NCBI GenBank assembly: GCA_047636275.1
Contig: JBLIKD010000001.1
Location: 1 to 52,192 of the forward strand
Source: Flavobacterium sp.
Lineage (GTDB): Bacteria > Bacteroidota > Bacteroidia > Flavobacteriales > Flavobacteriaceae
Direction of reading: 5' to 3'
Length of the DNA: 52,192 nt
Positions within the stretch are counted from its first letter, which is position 1. The number at the start of each line of letters is the position of its first letter. The notes beneath the pieces were generated by a model. That model made no database searches. It saw only the letters and a program-made list of their open reading frames with translations, and was not told the DNA's origin. A program made the translations under genes and the position numbers. This document shows positions 18,661 through 29,669 of this stretch, one piece after another.

Positions 18661-20205
18661 TTATATTTTTTTAAAATTTAAATCCTGAAAATCATAGCTA
18701 AAATCTGTTAAATCAGATATAGGATTCATTTTTAATGTGATGGCTTTTCCATCTGAGTCAAATGTAAAAAAAAGGTGGGCATCAGCATGTAAGTAGGCAT
18801 TATTCCACTTTACTACATAATTTCCTTTTTTATAGAAAAATACTTCACCACTGAGCTGAGAAGAACGTTTAGAGGCAAAAAATAATTTTCCTTTTTTCTC
18901 GCTTATAACAACATCTCCAAACCATTTGTCTTGATATGTTCCAGTAATTGAGGCTAGGTCAACTTTTACTTTGTCTTTTTTGTTTTGTGCAACGGTAGTC
19001 CAAACTTCATCTGTAACTTTATCAGCGCTCTCTTCATTTGCTTTAATGCGGTTACTATAAATTGTTACATAATCTTCTGAATCAATATCTAAATAGCTGT
19101 CTTTTATAGTGTTTGTGATCGCATTAAATGCAGCACCTGATTGTTGATTCGTCAATACAATAATTCCTAACTGCAACTCAGGAATATAAGTTGTTTGCGT
19201 TACAATTCCTTCTAGGCCACCGGTATGTGTCACTTGTTTGTATCCTTTCACATCACTTAAAAACCAACCTAGCCCATATCCATTGAAATGGGTATTATAC
19301 GGAGCTGTTGTTTTAGTTGGAATAATAGTTTGCAATTGCCACATTTCATCATGCTCCTTTTGGGAAAATAATTGCTTGTTCTCGGGACCATATTTCCCAT
19401 TATTCATTTGCATGATGGCCCATTTGCTTAAATCGTTCACACTGGAATAAATTCCAGCAGCTGCATCAAAAAGTTGATTTTGGTAGCGTTTGATTACTTT
19501 GAGTTTTCCGTTTATAGGTACATGAGGAGCAATAATATTACTAGAGTCTTTTAAACGAACAAATGAGGCTGCACTATGATCCATTTCTAACGGTTCCATA
19601 ATACGCTCTTCGACAAAATCGCCCCAGCTTTTTCCGCTGACTACATGAATTACTTCGCCAGCTACAATGTATAACAAGTTGTCATAATCATATTTGGTTC
19701 TGAATCCTGAAACTGGCTTTAAGTACTGTAAATTTTGTATTATATCAGTGGCAGTAAAATTACTTCCGTCAGGCCATATCATTAAATCTCCTGCTCCAAG
19801 ACCAAGGCCGCTTTTGTGTGTCAATAAATCACGGATAGTAAATTCCTGCGTTACGTACTCATTATACATTTGAAAATTAGGAAGGTATTTGATGACTTTA
19901 TCATCCCATTTTATTTTTCCTTCATCCACTAATATAGCTAAGGACGCGCTTGTAAAAGCTTTACTGTTAGAAGCGATACCAAATAAGGTATTAGCATCCA
20001 CTTTTTCTTTTGTATCTATGGATTTAATCCCATACCCTTTAGCCAGAACTACTTTTCCGTCTTTTATAATTGCTACTGCAATTCCAGGGACATTAAATGC
20101 AGTTAAGGTTCTGTTTACTAATGCATCCACTTTCGGTTCTGTTATTTGTCCGAAAGTAAGAGTTGTTGTGATTACTGTTAGTAGGGCGAATAATTTGTTT
20201 TTCAT
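18661..20205 (-). CDS. Exported serine hydrolase (beta-lactamase/AmpC-like, with DUF3471-like C-terminus)
   Basis: Signal peptide, SNSK (SxxK), LLTH, YDN and HTG motifs. Confidence 0.9.
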   Translation of the reverse strand: MKNKLFALLTVITTTLTFGQITEPKVDALVNRTLTAFNVPGIAVAIIKDGKVVLAKGYGIKSIDTKEKVDANTLFGIASNSKAFTSASLAILVDEGKIKWDDKVIKYLPNFQMYNEYVTQEFTIRDLLTHKSGLGLGAGDLMIWPDGSNFTATDIIQNLQYLKPVSGFRTKYDYDNLLYIVAGEVIHVVSGKSWGDFVEERIMEPLEMDHSAASFVRLKDSSNIIAPHVPINGKLKVIKRYQNQLFDAAAGIYSSVNDLSKWAIMQMNNGKYGPENKQLFSQKEHDEMWQLQTIIPTKTTAPYNTHFNGYGLGWFLSDVKGYKQVTHTGGLEGIVTQTTYIPELQLGIIVLTNQQSGAAFNAITNTIKDSYLDIDSEDYVTIYSNRIKANEESADKVTDEVWTTVAQNKKDKVKVDLASITGTYQDKWFGDVVISEKKGKLFFASKRSSQLSGEVFFYKKGNYVVKWNNAYLHADAHLFFTFDSDGKAITLKMNPISDLTDFSYDFQDLNFKKI

Positions 20206-20263
20206 ATTCTTGTTTTTTGAATTGTGTTTTTCTTTTTTATTTCTGAAATCCTAAATTGTAAAT

Positions 20264-21049
20264 TTAAAATCCTCGTTGTCTTTTAGCTTCAAAAATCAGT
20301 ATCGCTGCAGCAACAGAAACATTCATACTGTCGATTTCACCCTGCATCGGTATTATAATGTTGCGGGTCGCAGTATCACGCCATTCTTGGGTCAAGCCAG
20401 TCGCTTCGGTACCCACAACTAATGCGGTAGCCGTGGTGTAATCCTGCGTATGATACGCTGTTGAGTTTTGCAATGTGGCGCAATAGAAATTGATTTTTCT
20501 CTCTTTTAGAAAAGCAATAATTTCTGCGGTCGTTCCAGACGCAATTTGGTTGGTAAACAAACAGCCTACACTAGAACGCACTATATTCGGGTTGTATAAA
20601 TCACTTTTGGGATTGGCAATAATTACGGCATCAAGATGAGCTGCATCTGCTGTACGCAATAATGCACCGATATTTCCTGGCTTCTCAGGAGCTTCGGCGA
20701 CAAGAATCAATGGATTGTTAGACAGTTTTAAATCAGACAATTGTTGTGATTTTATTTTGGCGATGGCCAAAATACCCTCTGTAGTATCACGATAAGCCAA
20801 TTTTTGAAACACGGTTGCATTAATCTCAATCAGCTCCGTAGTTCTCGATATTTTTTTTGCCTCAATCTCAGTACAAATCTCAGGGTAAAATAAGACTGCT
20901 TCTAATTCATATCCTCCTTTTAGTGCTAGAGAAATTTCGCGTTTACCTTCAATTAAAAATGTACCTGTTTGTTTTCGGTATCTAGCCTTTTCTTGTAATA
21001 ATACCAAAGATTTTATGAATGGATTTTGAATTGAAGTGATTTGTTTCAA
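20264..21049 (-). CDS. TrmH/SpoU family RNA methyltransferase
   Basis: PGNIGALLRTA, VVGTEATG and IPMQGEIDSMNVSVA. TTG start, with TATCTTTG at 21082-21089. Confidence 0.93.
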   Translation of the reverse strand: MKQITSIQNPFIKSLVLLQEKARYRKQTGTFLIEGKREISLALKGGYELEAVLFYPEICTEIEAKKISRTTELIEINATVFQKLAYRDTTEGILAIAKIKSQQLSDLKLSNNPLILVAEAPEKPGNIGALLRTADAAHLDAVIIANPKSDLYNPNIVRSSVGCLFTNQIASGTTAEIIAFLKERKINFYCATLQNSTAYHTQDYTTATALVVGTEATGLTQEWRDTATRNIIIPMQGEIDSMNVSVAAAILIFEAKRQRGF

Positions 21050-21260
21050 GATATTCTAAATTTTAATTACTAGTAAGGGAACAAAGATACATAGAGAAAA
21101 GGCAGTTTTTAAAAATTGAAACAGAATATTTATACAATGAAAAAGAGATTTTATATATATGTTGGACAGATTTACTGTACACCGGTATTTTTCTTTAATT
21201 TTACGCTAATTGTTTTTAGGTAAAACAATTCAGTTTCCTCAACTTAAACTCTTTAAAGGC

Positions 21261-21863
21261 ATGTTTCATTTATTAGATATCATTGGAACAGTCGCTTTTG
21301 CTTTGTCTGGAGCGTTGACTGCTATGAGTAAAAAGCTTGATCTTTTTGGCGTATTTATTATTGCCTTTGTAACCGCAGTAGGCGGAGGAACTTTACGTGA
21401 TGTAATGATTGGAACAACTCCGGTGGGATGGATGCTTGATTTAGATTATGTTTACGTGATATGTATCGCTTTTGCTTTAGCCCTAGTATTTAGAAAAAAA
21501 TTCGAGAGACTGCGTACGTCACTGTTTTTATTTGACACTATTGGACTAGGAGTTTTTACATTGATAGGTCTCGAAAAAGGAATTAATGTTGGACTGCATC
21601 CTATCGTTTGCATTGCTTTAGGAACAATGACCGCTTGCTTTGGCGGCGTTATTCGAGATATTTTATGCGCAGAGATTCCAGTAATCTTCAGAAAAGAAAT
21701 TTATGCCACTATTTGTATTCTGGGTGGAATTATTTTTTTTACTCTAAGAAAATTCAATTTAGACAATGATATTTTATATCTGATCAGTTCGCTAGTGATT
21801 ATTGTAGTCCGTTTAATGGCGGTAAAATTCAAATGGTATTTGCCCACTTTAGAAAATAACTAG
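21261..21863 (+). CDS. TRIC/UPF0126 (YadS-like) membrane protein
   Basis: Duplicated GGGTLRD / GGVIRD motifs and EIYA. The ATG at 21261 is preferred. Confidence 0.9.
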   Translation: MFHLLDIIGTVAFALSGALTAMSKKLDLFGVFIIAFVTAVGGGTLRDVMIGTTPVGWMLDLDYVYVICIAFALALVFRKKFERLRTSLFLFDTIGLGVFTLIGLEKGINVGLHPIVCIALGTMTACFGGVIRDILCAEIPVIFRKEIYATICILGGIIFFTLRKFNLDNDILYLISSLVIIVVRLMAVKFKWYLPTLENN

Positions 21864-21878
21864 TCTGTAAATGAACAA

Positions 21879-23690
21879 CTAATTGGACAAGTATAAGAAA
21901 CCTGTGAGCGGAATAGGGTAGTTAGAATCATTTAGTTCAATAACGTAATAATAAGTTCCGTCGGGGCATTTTTGGTTATTTAAAAGCATTCCTTTGTTAG
22001 CGTAGCCATCCCAATCATTCGTGTTGTTGTTTCCTTGCCAGATTAATGCACCCCAGCGATTGTATATTTCTATTGTAAAATTTAAGAAAACATCTCGTAG
22101 ACCCTTATTCGCAAAGCTGTCATTGCGATTGTCATTATTGGGAGAAATAAAATTGTGAATTGTCGGGGAACAATTTTTAAGGTTTAATTGAAAAGAGGTG
22201 ATGCTATAACAGTACTGATTCTTAACTCTAATGTAAATGGTTGTAGAAGCTTTATCAGCCTTGAAATTAAAAGTATTATAAATGGGATTGGCTCCATTTT
22301 CAACTCCAAGAGTCGCCGCTTCCAATGTCGTATAAAAACTAACGCTGTCCTCAGGAGTTACTTTGACTACTTCTTCGTACGTTGAAAAATCGAAAATTCC
22401 AATTCCAAAACCTTGATTGCAGGATTCCATGTCAGGTACTGGATTGATTTTTGGAGAAATTTTTAAAGAAATATTTTGAAGAATAGCTGTATTGTTTGCT
22501 TCATTTAATTCCGTTATAATTCCGATTCGGCTTCCGTTATCGTCGACAGCAAACTCTAAATCAAAAATGTTTCCACTATTTTCAGGGATGTCTAAGATGA
22601 TTTTATTGTTTTCGTTCCCGTCAATTGGAATGCTATTTAGGGTCTTCGTAGTGCCTATTAATAGTCCATTCGCATATATGGCTATTGGTGTTCCAGCAGG
22701 TACAATAGCAGTGCTATTTGTGTTATAAATACTATAATCAATAGTGATTTTTCTAGAATTACATATTAAATTAATATCGTTAATGCGGAGTGTAGCATCT
22801 GGTAATTGGCTATTTAATTTGGTGACAATGGCATTTATCATTACAAAATCTTGGCCGGAAGTAAGTTGGATCTGCGCCGAAGTATCTCCAATGTTAATAT
22901 TGTTCTGAATAGTATATACATCTAAATCCATATTATAAAGAGTTGTAGAACCTGTAAAACTGTTGGTTCCATTAAATGCATTGTCTACGGGATTCAAGGG
23001 TAAATTACTGATTGGATTTCCATTGATACGCAGGGTTTCATTGACGCTAATAAAGCGATCACCTTCCCAAGCAACAAATCCCATTCTTGCCTCTTTATTG
23101 TCAATAACATTTAAGCTGTTAAGCGTAATGTTTATTTCATCTGGGACAAATTGTAAACCATCGTATACAGTCAGTTGGTTTAAGGGTAGATTAGCATTTT
23201 TATACACTACAATAATAGCCCAACCGCCAAAATTGGTCGCATTTCCGCAATAATAATCAATGACGTCCCTTAAATCTAATTCACTTAAACTATAAACGCC
23301 AATGCCGGTACTTTTAACTTGTGTCGTGATATCTGCAAAAGCGCTAAAAAAAGGAAGTTTTGATGAACCTTGAGTGACAGCAAACTTCCTTTGAGCAGTA
23401 ATATCTTGGTCATTTAATTTTACTGTAAAATCACCAAAGCCAGATCCAGCCCAATAGAGGTAGGCATTTTGTATTTCATCATCTCGATTTAAGGAAAGTG
23501 ATGCTGATGAACTAGTATTGATCACGCAAGGTCCTCCAGTGCCATTTTCAAAGCGGTTTAAAGTGTTTCCAAAAAAAACAAAATCATATCTCCCGTTATA
23601 TTGATGGTAGAGCGAAATATCTTGTCCGTACATGGAATAAGACAGAATAAGAAGTAAAATGAAAAAATAGTAACGAAATTGTGACCTCAT
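21879..23690 (-). CDS. T9SS cargo protein with type-B (gliding motility-associated) C-terminal domain
   Basis: Signal peptide; C-terminus NFISPNNDNRND...IYNRWG...WDG...DGTYYYVI; internal CARDB-like Ig segment (ELNEANN). Confidence 0.9.
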   Translation of the reverse strand: MRSQFRYYFFILLLILSYSMYGQDISLYHQYNGRYDFVFFGNTLNRFENGTGGPCVINTSSSASLSLNRDDEIQNAYLYWAGSGFGDFTVKLNDQDITAQRKFAVTQGSSKLPFFSAFADITTQVKSTGIGVYSLSELDLRDVIDYYCGNATNFGGWAIIVVYKNANLPLNQLTVYDGLQFVPDEINITLNSLNVIDNKEARMGFVAWEGDRFISVNETLRINGNPISNLPLNPVDNAFNGTNSFTGSTTLYNMDLDVYTIQNNINIGDTSAQIQLTSGQDFVMINAIVTKLNSQLPDATLRINDINLICNSRKITIDYSIYNTNSTAIVPAGTPIAIYANGLLIGTTKTLNSIPIDGNENNKIILDIPENSGNIFDLEFAVDDNGSRIGIITELNEANNTAILQNISLKISPKINPVPDMESCNQGFGIGIFDFSTYEEVVKVTPEDSVSFYTTLEAATLGVENGANPIYNTFNFKADKASTTIYIRVKNQYCYSITSFQLNLKNCSPTIHNFISPNNDNRNDSFANKGLRDVFLNFTIEIYNRWGALIWQGNNNTNDWDGYANKGMLLNNQKCPDGTYYYVIELNDSNYPIPLTGFLYLSN

Positions 23691-23799
23691 ATATAGTTGC
23701 TGTGAAGCTGTTAAATCTAGTGATTTATTTTTACAAATCTAATTCGATAAAAAGTAAGATGTTTATCGAATAATTGTTTAATTTCCCAACGTTTAAAAA

Positions 23800-24783
23800 T
23801 TGATTTTGAAAAAATATAAAGTAAAACAATACGAATTTATGTATTCCGATCAATGGAATGCATTTATAAGTAAAGCCAAAAATGCTACCTTTCTCTTTCA
23901 TCGTGATTTTATAGGATACCATGTGGAACGATTTCACGATTATTCATTACTGGTTTTTGAGGAAGATAAACTAATTGCAGTATTGCCAGCAAATCGAGTT
24001 AGTGATACCGTATATTCCCATCAAGGTCTGACCTATGGAGGACTCGTTTATAAAAAGCAAACGAAACTAGTGTCAATACTTGATGTGTTTTCAGCTGTTT
24101 TATCATTTTTAGATCAAAATGGGATTGAGAAAATGCAAATAAAGACGATGCCATCTATTTATCATACTGAACCTTCAGAGGAAATTCAGTACGCCTTGTT
24201 TTTAGCACAAGCATCATTGATAAGAAGAGATACGCTTTCAGTAATTGACTTATTGCAGGTGAATAGACTGGCAAAAGGTAGAAAAAGCGGTATTAAAAGG
24301 GCAATGCAGAATAACTTAGTTATTAAAGAAGAAAAAGATTTTAAACAGTTTTGGAATACAATTTTAATTCCAAATTTATCAGAAAAACACCAGGCAAAAC
24401 CAATTCACTCATTAGAAGAAATAACAAAGTTAAGAACAATATTTCCAGATAATATTAAGCAGTTTAATGTTTATCATAACAATATTATTGTAGCAGGAGC
24501 AACTATTTTTGAGACTGCTGGAGTCGCACATTGCCAATATATTTCTAAATTTGAGAAGAAGCAAGATCTTAATAGTTTAGATTTTCTTTTTGATTTTTTA
24601 ATCCATAAACAATTTTCAAAAAAGCGTTTTTTTGATTTTGGAAGTTCAAATGAGGAGGAAGGGCAAAAACTGAATGGGGGGTTGACTTATTGGAAAGAAA
24701 GCTTTGGTGCTAGCACTATTGTTCACGATTTCTATGAAGTACAAACGGCTAATTACTATAAATTAGATAACGTTGTCATATGA
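23800..24783 (+). CDS. GNAT/FemAB-like acyl- or aminoacyl-transferase
   Basis: [26 protein letters not shown] and FDFGSS...[11 protein letters not shown]. Confidence 0.82.
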   Translation: MILKKYKVKQYEFMYSDQWNAFISKAKNATFLFHRDFIGYHVERFHDYSLLVFEEDKLIAVLPANRVSDTVYSHQGLTYGGLVYKKQTKLVSILDVFSAVLSFLDQNGIEKMQIKTMPSIYHTEPSEEIQYALFLAQASLIRRDTLSVIDLLQVNRLAKGRKSGIKRAMQNNLVIKEEKDFKQFWNTILIPNLSEKHQAKPIHSLEEITKLRTIFPDNIKQFNVYHNNIIVAGATIFETAGVAHCQYISKFEKKQDLNSLDFLFDFLIHKQFSKKRFFDFGSSNEEEGQKLNGGLTYWKESFGASTIVHDFYEVQTANYYKLDNVVI

Positions 24784-25883
24784 TACCATTTTTAGATTTA
24801 AAAAAAATAAATGCTCCTTACGAAGTTGCTTTCCAAGAAAAATTAAAAGTAGTACTTGCAAATGGCTGGTACATCTTAGGTGAAGAAGTTAAAGCTTTTG
24901 AAAATAATTTTGCGAGTTATTGCGCGACGAACTATTGTATAGGAGTAGGGAATGGCTTAGATGCTTTAACCCTCATTTTTAAAGCTTATATTCAATTGGG
25001 GAAATTACAAAAGGGAGATGAAGTTATTGTTCCAGCAAATACTTATATTGCAAGTATTCTAGCTATTCTTGAAGCGGGTTTAATTCCAGTTTTGGTTGAG
25101 CCAAAGTTGGAAACTTACACCATTAATCCTGATTTAATCGAAGAAAGAATCACTTTAAAAACCAAAGCGATTCTTGTGGTTCATTTGTACGGACAATTAG
25201 CAGAAATGGAAGTTATAAATGCAATCGCAACTAATCGTAACTTGCTTGTCATAGAAGATGCTGCACAGGCTCACGGGGCTATCGCTAATTTCAAATCCCA
25301 AAAAGCAGGTAATCTTAGCGATGCGGCTGCTTTTAGTTTCTACCCTGGGAAAAATCTTGGGGCACTTGGGGATGGTGGTGCTATAACTACAAATGATTCT
25401 GAATTAGCAAAAGTCTCTTCGGCACTAAGAAACTATGGATCAGAAACAAAATATCACAATGATTATGCGGGAGTAAACTCAAGATTAGATGAGCTGCAAG
25501 CCGCTTTTTTAAATGTGAAATTACCATATCTAGAGATCGAAAATGACAAGCGCAGAAGTATCGCAAGAAGATATTTGTCAGAGATTAAAAATGATAGGAT
25601 AATTTTGCCCTTCTGGGGCTTATCGGATAATCATGTTTTTCATTTGTTTGTTATTCGAACAAAAAACAGACAGGAATTACAAGATTATTTACTGAAAAAC
25701 GGAGTGCAAACTGTAATTCATTATCCAATTCCGCCACACAAACAAAAAGCATTGCAACAATACCACGAGCTGTCTTTTCCTATTACAGAGAAAATCCATG
25801 ATGAAGTGTTGAGTATACCATTGAATCCTGTTTTACTAGAGGAAGAAGTTGATTTTATCATCACAACTTTAAATGGGTTTTAA
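24780..25883 (+). CDS. fdtB: DegT/DnrJ/EryC1/StrS sugar aminotransferase (FdtB-like)
   Basis: [30 protein letters not shown] (PLP lysine) and NSRLDELQA. Confidence 0.9.
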   Translation: MIPFLDLKKINAPYEVAFQEKLKVVLANGWYILGEEVKAFENNFASYCATNYCIGVGNGLDALTLIFKAYIQLGKLQKGDEVIVPANTYIASILAILEAGLIPVLVEPKLETYTINPDLIEERITLKTKAILVVHLYGQLAEMEVINAIATNRNLLVIEDAAQAHGAIANFKSQKAGNLSDAAAFSFYPGKNLGALGDGGAITTNDSELAKVSSALRNYGSETKYHNDYAGVNSRLDELQAAFLNVKLPYLEIENDKRRSIARRYLSEIKNDRIILPFWGLSDNHVFHLFVIRTKNRQELQDYLLKNGVQTVIHYPIPPHKQKALQQYHELSFPITEKIHDEVLSIPLNPVLLEEEVDFIITTLNGF

Positions 25884-27159
25884 TTTGCAAATTTTAAAAA
25901 ATATATACCAATCACAGCTATTTAAAATTAGTTCGCTAAACAGTTTAAGTATCATTCTGAAAATTGGGATAGGATTGATAACATCTAAATTATTGGCGGT
26001 ATTTGTTGGGCCAAGCGGAATGGCGTTAGTAGGAAATCTGCGAAATTTCATGACTTCATTAGAAAGTATTGCCACCTTGGGTTTTCAAAATGGCATCGTA
26101 AAATATGTCGCTGAAATTAAAGAAGATAAGCAGCGCTTTGAAAAATTACTATCTACTGTTTTCATAAGTTTAGCGTTTGTTGCTGTCGTTTTGAGTGGTG
26201 TTTTGTTTGTTTTCGCTACATTTTGGAACCAAAAAATATTCGGAACGAATTATCAATACCAATTTGTCTTCAAGGTGTTAGCCTTGTCCTTACCTTGGTA
26301 TGTCGTTTCTCTTTTTTTGATTGCAGTATTAAATGGTTTAGGTAGTTTTAAAAAAGTAATCTGGGTCAATAGTATAGGAAACATAATTGGGTTGGTAGTA
26401 TCGGTCTTACTGATCGTTGAATATAAAACCTTTGGCGCTTTAGTAGCATTTGTCATTACGCCAGCTTTATTGTTTTTCGTCAGTATTTATTTTTTAAACA
26501 AAGAAATAAGTATTTTTAAAACAATTAAGAGAAGCTCTTATGACTTTACTGTTCTAAGAAAATTATCATCCTACTCTATAATGGCATTGGTTTCCGCTGT
26601 ATTAGGTCCCTTTATTTATTTAGCAATTCGGAATAATATCATTCAAACTTTAGGCGTTAATCAAGCAGGATTTTGGGAAACTATGACTAGAATTTCAAAT
26701 TATTATATGCTTTTTGTGACTACTATTTTGACAGTTTACTTTTTGCCAAAGCTTGCTGTAGCTAAAGATAGTAGAGAAACAAAAACGATTTTTTGGATGT
26801 TCTATAAAGGAATAGTACCTGTCTTTATTTTAGGGGTTACTGTTATTTATTTCGCTCGTTTTTTTATTATTAAATTACTTTTTACTCCCGAGTTTCTTCC
26901 GGTAACTTCTTTGTTCTTTTGGCAGTTAGTAGGGGATGTATTAAAAGTGGCCTCATTGATTTTAGGCTATCAGTTTTTTGCTAAAAAACTAACTATCGCT
27001 TTTGTCATCACTGAAATAGCATCATTGTTGTTGCTGTATTTTTTAAGTATGTATTTTGTTTCCGTCTTTGGTGTAACGGGAGTAGTTATAGCTCAGGCGA
27101 TTGATAATTTTATTTATTTAATTGTTTTGATTATTTACTTTAGGAGAAGTTTGTTTTAG
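25873..27159 (+). CDS. wzx: Wzx oligosaccharide flippase
   Basis: About 12 TM segments; [21 protein letters not shown] and QLVGDVLK motifs. Confidence 0.9.
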   Translation: MGFNLQILKNIYQSQLFKISSLNSLSIILKIGIGLITSKLLAVFVGPSGMALVGNLRNFMTSLESIATLGFQNGIVKYVAEIKEDKQRFEKLLSTVFISLAFVAVVLSGVLFVFATFWNQKIFGTNYQYQFVFKVLALSLPWYVVSLFLIAVLNGLGSFKKVIWVNSIGNIIGLVVSVLLIVEYKTFGALVAFVITPALLFFVSIYFLNKEISIFKTIKRSSYDFTVLRKLSSYSIMALVSAVLGPFIYLAIRNNIIQTLGVNQAGFWETMTRISNYYMLFVTTILTVYFLPKLAVAKDSRETKTIFWMFYKGIVPVFILGVTVIYFARFFIIKLLFTPEFLPVTSLFFWQLVGDVLKVASLILGYQFFAKKLTIAFVITEIASLLLLYFLSMYFVSVFGVTGVVIAQAIDNFIYLIVLIIYFRRSLF

Positions 27160-27223
27160 CTTGTTGTCATAGAGTACAAAGGAGCGCGAAGCATTATAAG
27201 ATTATCCAACTATTTGATTGATT

Positions 27224-28108
27224 CTAAAAGAGAACTTTTATTCTAAGTTTTATCTCCATCGGAATATATCTTAGTACTAAAGCAAAACTTGACGTTCGGA
27301 ACGCCAATAGCATCTCAAAATGAATTCGTTTTAAAAGGGCTTTATTTTCTTCGTTAGTTCGATTTAACCGAATCGCTTTATTTAATATTATAAAAGTCGA
27401 ATTGTTTATTTTATTATTTCTCTTAAAAAACAGGGTTCCCAATGAATTAGCTACAGTTCTTTTCTGAATTAGCACTTCGTCAATAAAATCAAAATCATAT
27501 ATGCGAGAAGCGCGAATCCAAAAATCTAGATCCTCGTAAGCTAGATTTTCATCATAGCCATTAAGTTCGTCAAAAACAGTTTTTCTAATCATCGCCGAAA
27601 CAGAACAAATACTATCTCCTCCCAATAATACGGATAAATAAATATCGCCAATTATTCTTTTTTTAATTATTTTTTTTTCATCGTTTACAGCAAAATAGTA
27701 AGACTCAAAGTTGCCTTTTTCATTTATTAGTGCAGCGTTTCCATACACTATTCCTAGATTTTTAAAAGGACTATTTGCAAAAGTGTCGTATTGTAAGGTC
27801 GCCGCATTATTTAGTAAAATATCATCTGCAGCTAGGTCAATAATATAGGCACCGTGAGCCATTTTTAAGGCTTTATTGAATGATTTTGTACTGCCTAAGT
27901 TAGTTTCGTTTGCAATAAATTGAATTTTAGGATGATTAAGCAGCCATTTTTCTATTATCGATTTAGATTTGTCGCTACTGCAGTCATCAACAATAATAAG
28001 TTCAATTAGTTTATAATCTTGATTAATAACAGATTGCAAGCTCTCTATGACATACGCTTCTTGATTGAAACATAAGCAAATGATAGTAACTAATGATTTA
28101 TCTTGCAT
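27224..28108 (-). CDS. GT2 glycosyltransferase
   Basis: IIVDDCSSD, LAADD and YEDLDFW. Confidence 0.92.
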   Translation of the reverse strand: MQDKSLVTIICLCFNQEAYVIESLQSVINQDYKLIELIIVDDCSSDKSKSIIEKWLLNHPKIQFIANETNLGSTKSFNKALKMAHGAYIIDLAADDILLNNAATLQYDTFANSPFKNLGIVYGNAALINEKGNFESYYFAVNDEKKIIKKRIIGDIYLSVLLGGDSICSVSAMIRKTVFDELNGYDENLAYEDLDFWIRASRIYDFDFIDEVLIQKRTVANSLGTLFFKRNNKINNSTFIILNKAIRLNRTNEENKALLKRIHFEMLLAFRTSSFALVLRYIPMEIKLRIKVLF

Positions 28109-28156
28109 ATCCTTTTAAAAGAGTTCTATATTTGAGACTAAAATAATAAATCGATA

Positions 28157-29260
28157 ATGATATTTCCTAATAAAAAATATAAAATTGCTTTAATTGGCTA
28201 TCGTCTTAGTGCTGGCGGGAGTGATAAAGTGATGGCGAATTTGTCTGTTTTTTTTGAAAGTAAAAGTATTGAAGTACATAATATTATAGTAATTAATGAA
28301 GTTTCTTTTCCTTATGCAGGTAAACTAGTGAATTTAGGTTTGTTGAAAAACGAAGGCAATGGACTTATTAATAAATTTAAGCGATTAATTGCGTTACGGA
28401 ATTATTTGCAGGTCAATGATTTTGATTATATAATAGATTTTCGCTTTAGGACTAAAATCATTCAAGAACTTATAATTTCGCGGCTAATCTACAACAGCAA
28501 GACAATATTTACAGTCCATAGCTTTTTGATAGACCATTACATGCCTAATAATTCATGGCTAACAAGGTTAATGTACAATCATTGTTATGCTAATGTGGCA
28601 TTAGTAGATGAGATGCAAGAACTAATTGTAAATACGCATCAATTAGTGAATGTAGCTACGATTGCAAACCCTATTAATATTCAGGAAATTAATAATAAGA
28701 TAAACGAGAAAATAACGGTCCCATTTGATTATTGTATCGCTATTGGACAGTTTGAAAATCCGATCAAACAGTTTTATAAGCTCATTGTTAGTTATGCAAA
28801 TTCGATTTTGCCAGAAAAAGAAATACACCTGTTAATACTCGGAAACGGGGATAGGAACACTTTAGAAAAAGTGGCAAAAGAGAGCGGAGTGCTTCGTTTT
28901 GTTCATTTTTTAGGTTATCAAGAAAATCCTTTTAAATATTTAAAAAAAGCGAAGTTTTTAATTTTAAGCAGCAAAAATGAAGGGATGCCCAACGTCATTT
29001 TAGAATCGTTAGCTTGTCAGACACCTGTAGTTTCATTTAATTGTCCATCAGGTCCTGCTGCAATGATTTCGGATAGGGAAAATGGGCTTTTGGTAGAAGA
29101 TCAGAATTTTAAAAAACTCACCGAAGCCATGAATGAGATGGTTACAGATGATCAATTGTATAGATATTGCAAGCAGAATGCAGCAGAAAGTATTAAACCA
29201 TTTCTATTAGAGGTAATTGGACAACAATGGTTAGATTTGATGAAAATTAATATCTTGTAA
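28157..29260 (+). CDS. GT4 glycosyltransferase
   Basis: GGSDK and SKNEGMPNVILES (EX7E). TATATTTG at 28127-28134. Confidence 0.92.
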   Translation: MIFPNKKYKIALIGYRLSAGGSDKVMANLSVFFESKSIEVHNIIVINEVSFPYAGKLVNLGLLKNEGNGLINKFKRLIALRNYLQVNDFDYIIDFRFRTKIIQELIISRLIYNSKTIFTVHSFLIDHYMPNNSWLTRLMYNHCYANVALVDEMQELIVNTHQLVNVATIANPINIQEINNKINEKITVPFDYCIAIGQFENPIKQFYKLIVSYANSILPEKEIHLLILGNGDRNTLEKVAKESGVLRFVHFLGYQENPFKYLKKAKFLILSSKNEGMPNVILESLACQTPVVSFNCPSGPAAMISDRENGLLVEDQNFKKLTEAMNEMVTDDQLYRYCKQNAAESIKPFLLEVIGQQWLDLMKINIL

Positions 29261-29264
29261 ACAT

Positions 29265-29669
29265 ATGAACACACTAAAAAATGTACAATTACTAAAGATT
29301 CCAGTTGTAGAGGATGTACGTGGTAATTTAGGTTTTATTGAAAAGGATGTATTGCCATTTGAATTCAAGCGGGTGTATTATCTTTTTGATGTGCCAAGCA
29401 CTGCTTTTAGAGGAGGTCATTCTCATATTGAACAAGATGCTGTTTTGATTGCTTTAAGTGGTAGTTTTGAAGTTGTTCTTAATGACGGATACCACAAAAA
29501 TTCATTTACTTTAAATAAACCCAATATTGGATTGCACATACCACACGGTATATGGAGAGAGTTAGAAAATTTTTCTTCAGGTGCGATATGTCTGGTTCTT
29601 GCCTCGGATGTATTTATGGAGGAAGATTATATAAGAGATTTTGATGAATTTATGGGCTCAAAAAAATGA
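29265..29669 (+). CDS. fdtA: dTDP-sugar 3,4-ketoisomerase (FdtA/QdtA/WxcM cupin)
   Basis: DVRGNL, KRVYY, RGGHSH (catalytic His pair) and DYIRD. Confidence 0.9.
   Translation: MNTLKNVQLLKIPVVEDVRGNLGFIEKDVLPFEFKRVYYLFDVPSTAFRGGHSHIEQDAVLIALSGSFEVVLNDGYHKNSFTLNKPNIGLHIPHGIWRELENFSSGAICLVLASDVFMEEDYIRDFDEFMGSKK

Noticed and set aside
18661-20205. Beta-lactam resistance gene
   Set aside because: The 514-aa length with a C-terminal extra domain and HTG motif fits generic serine hydrolases or peptidases; resistance cannot be inferred.
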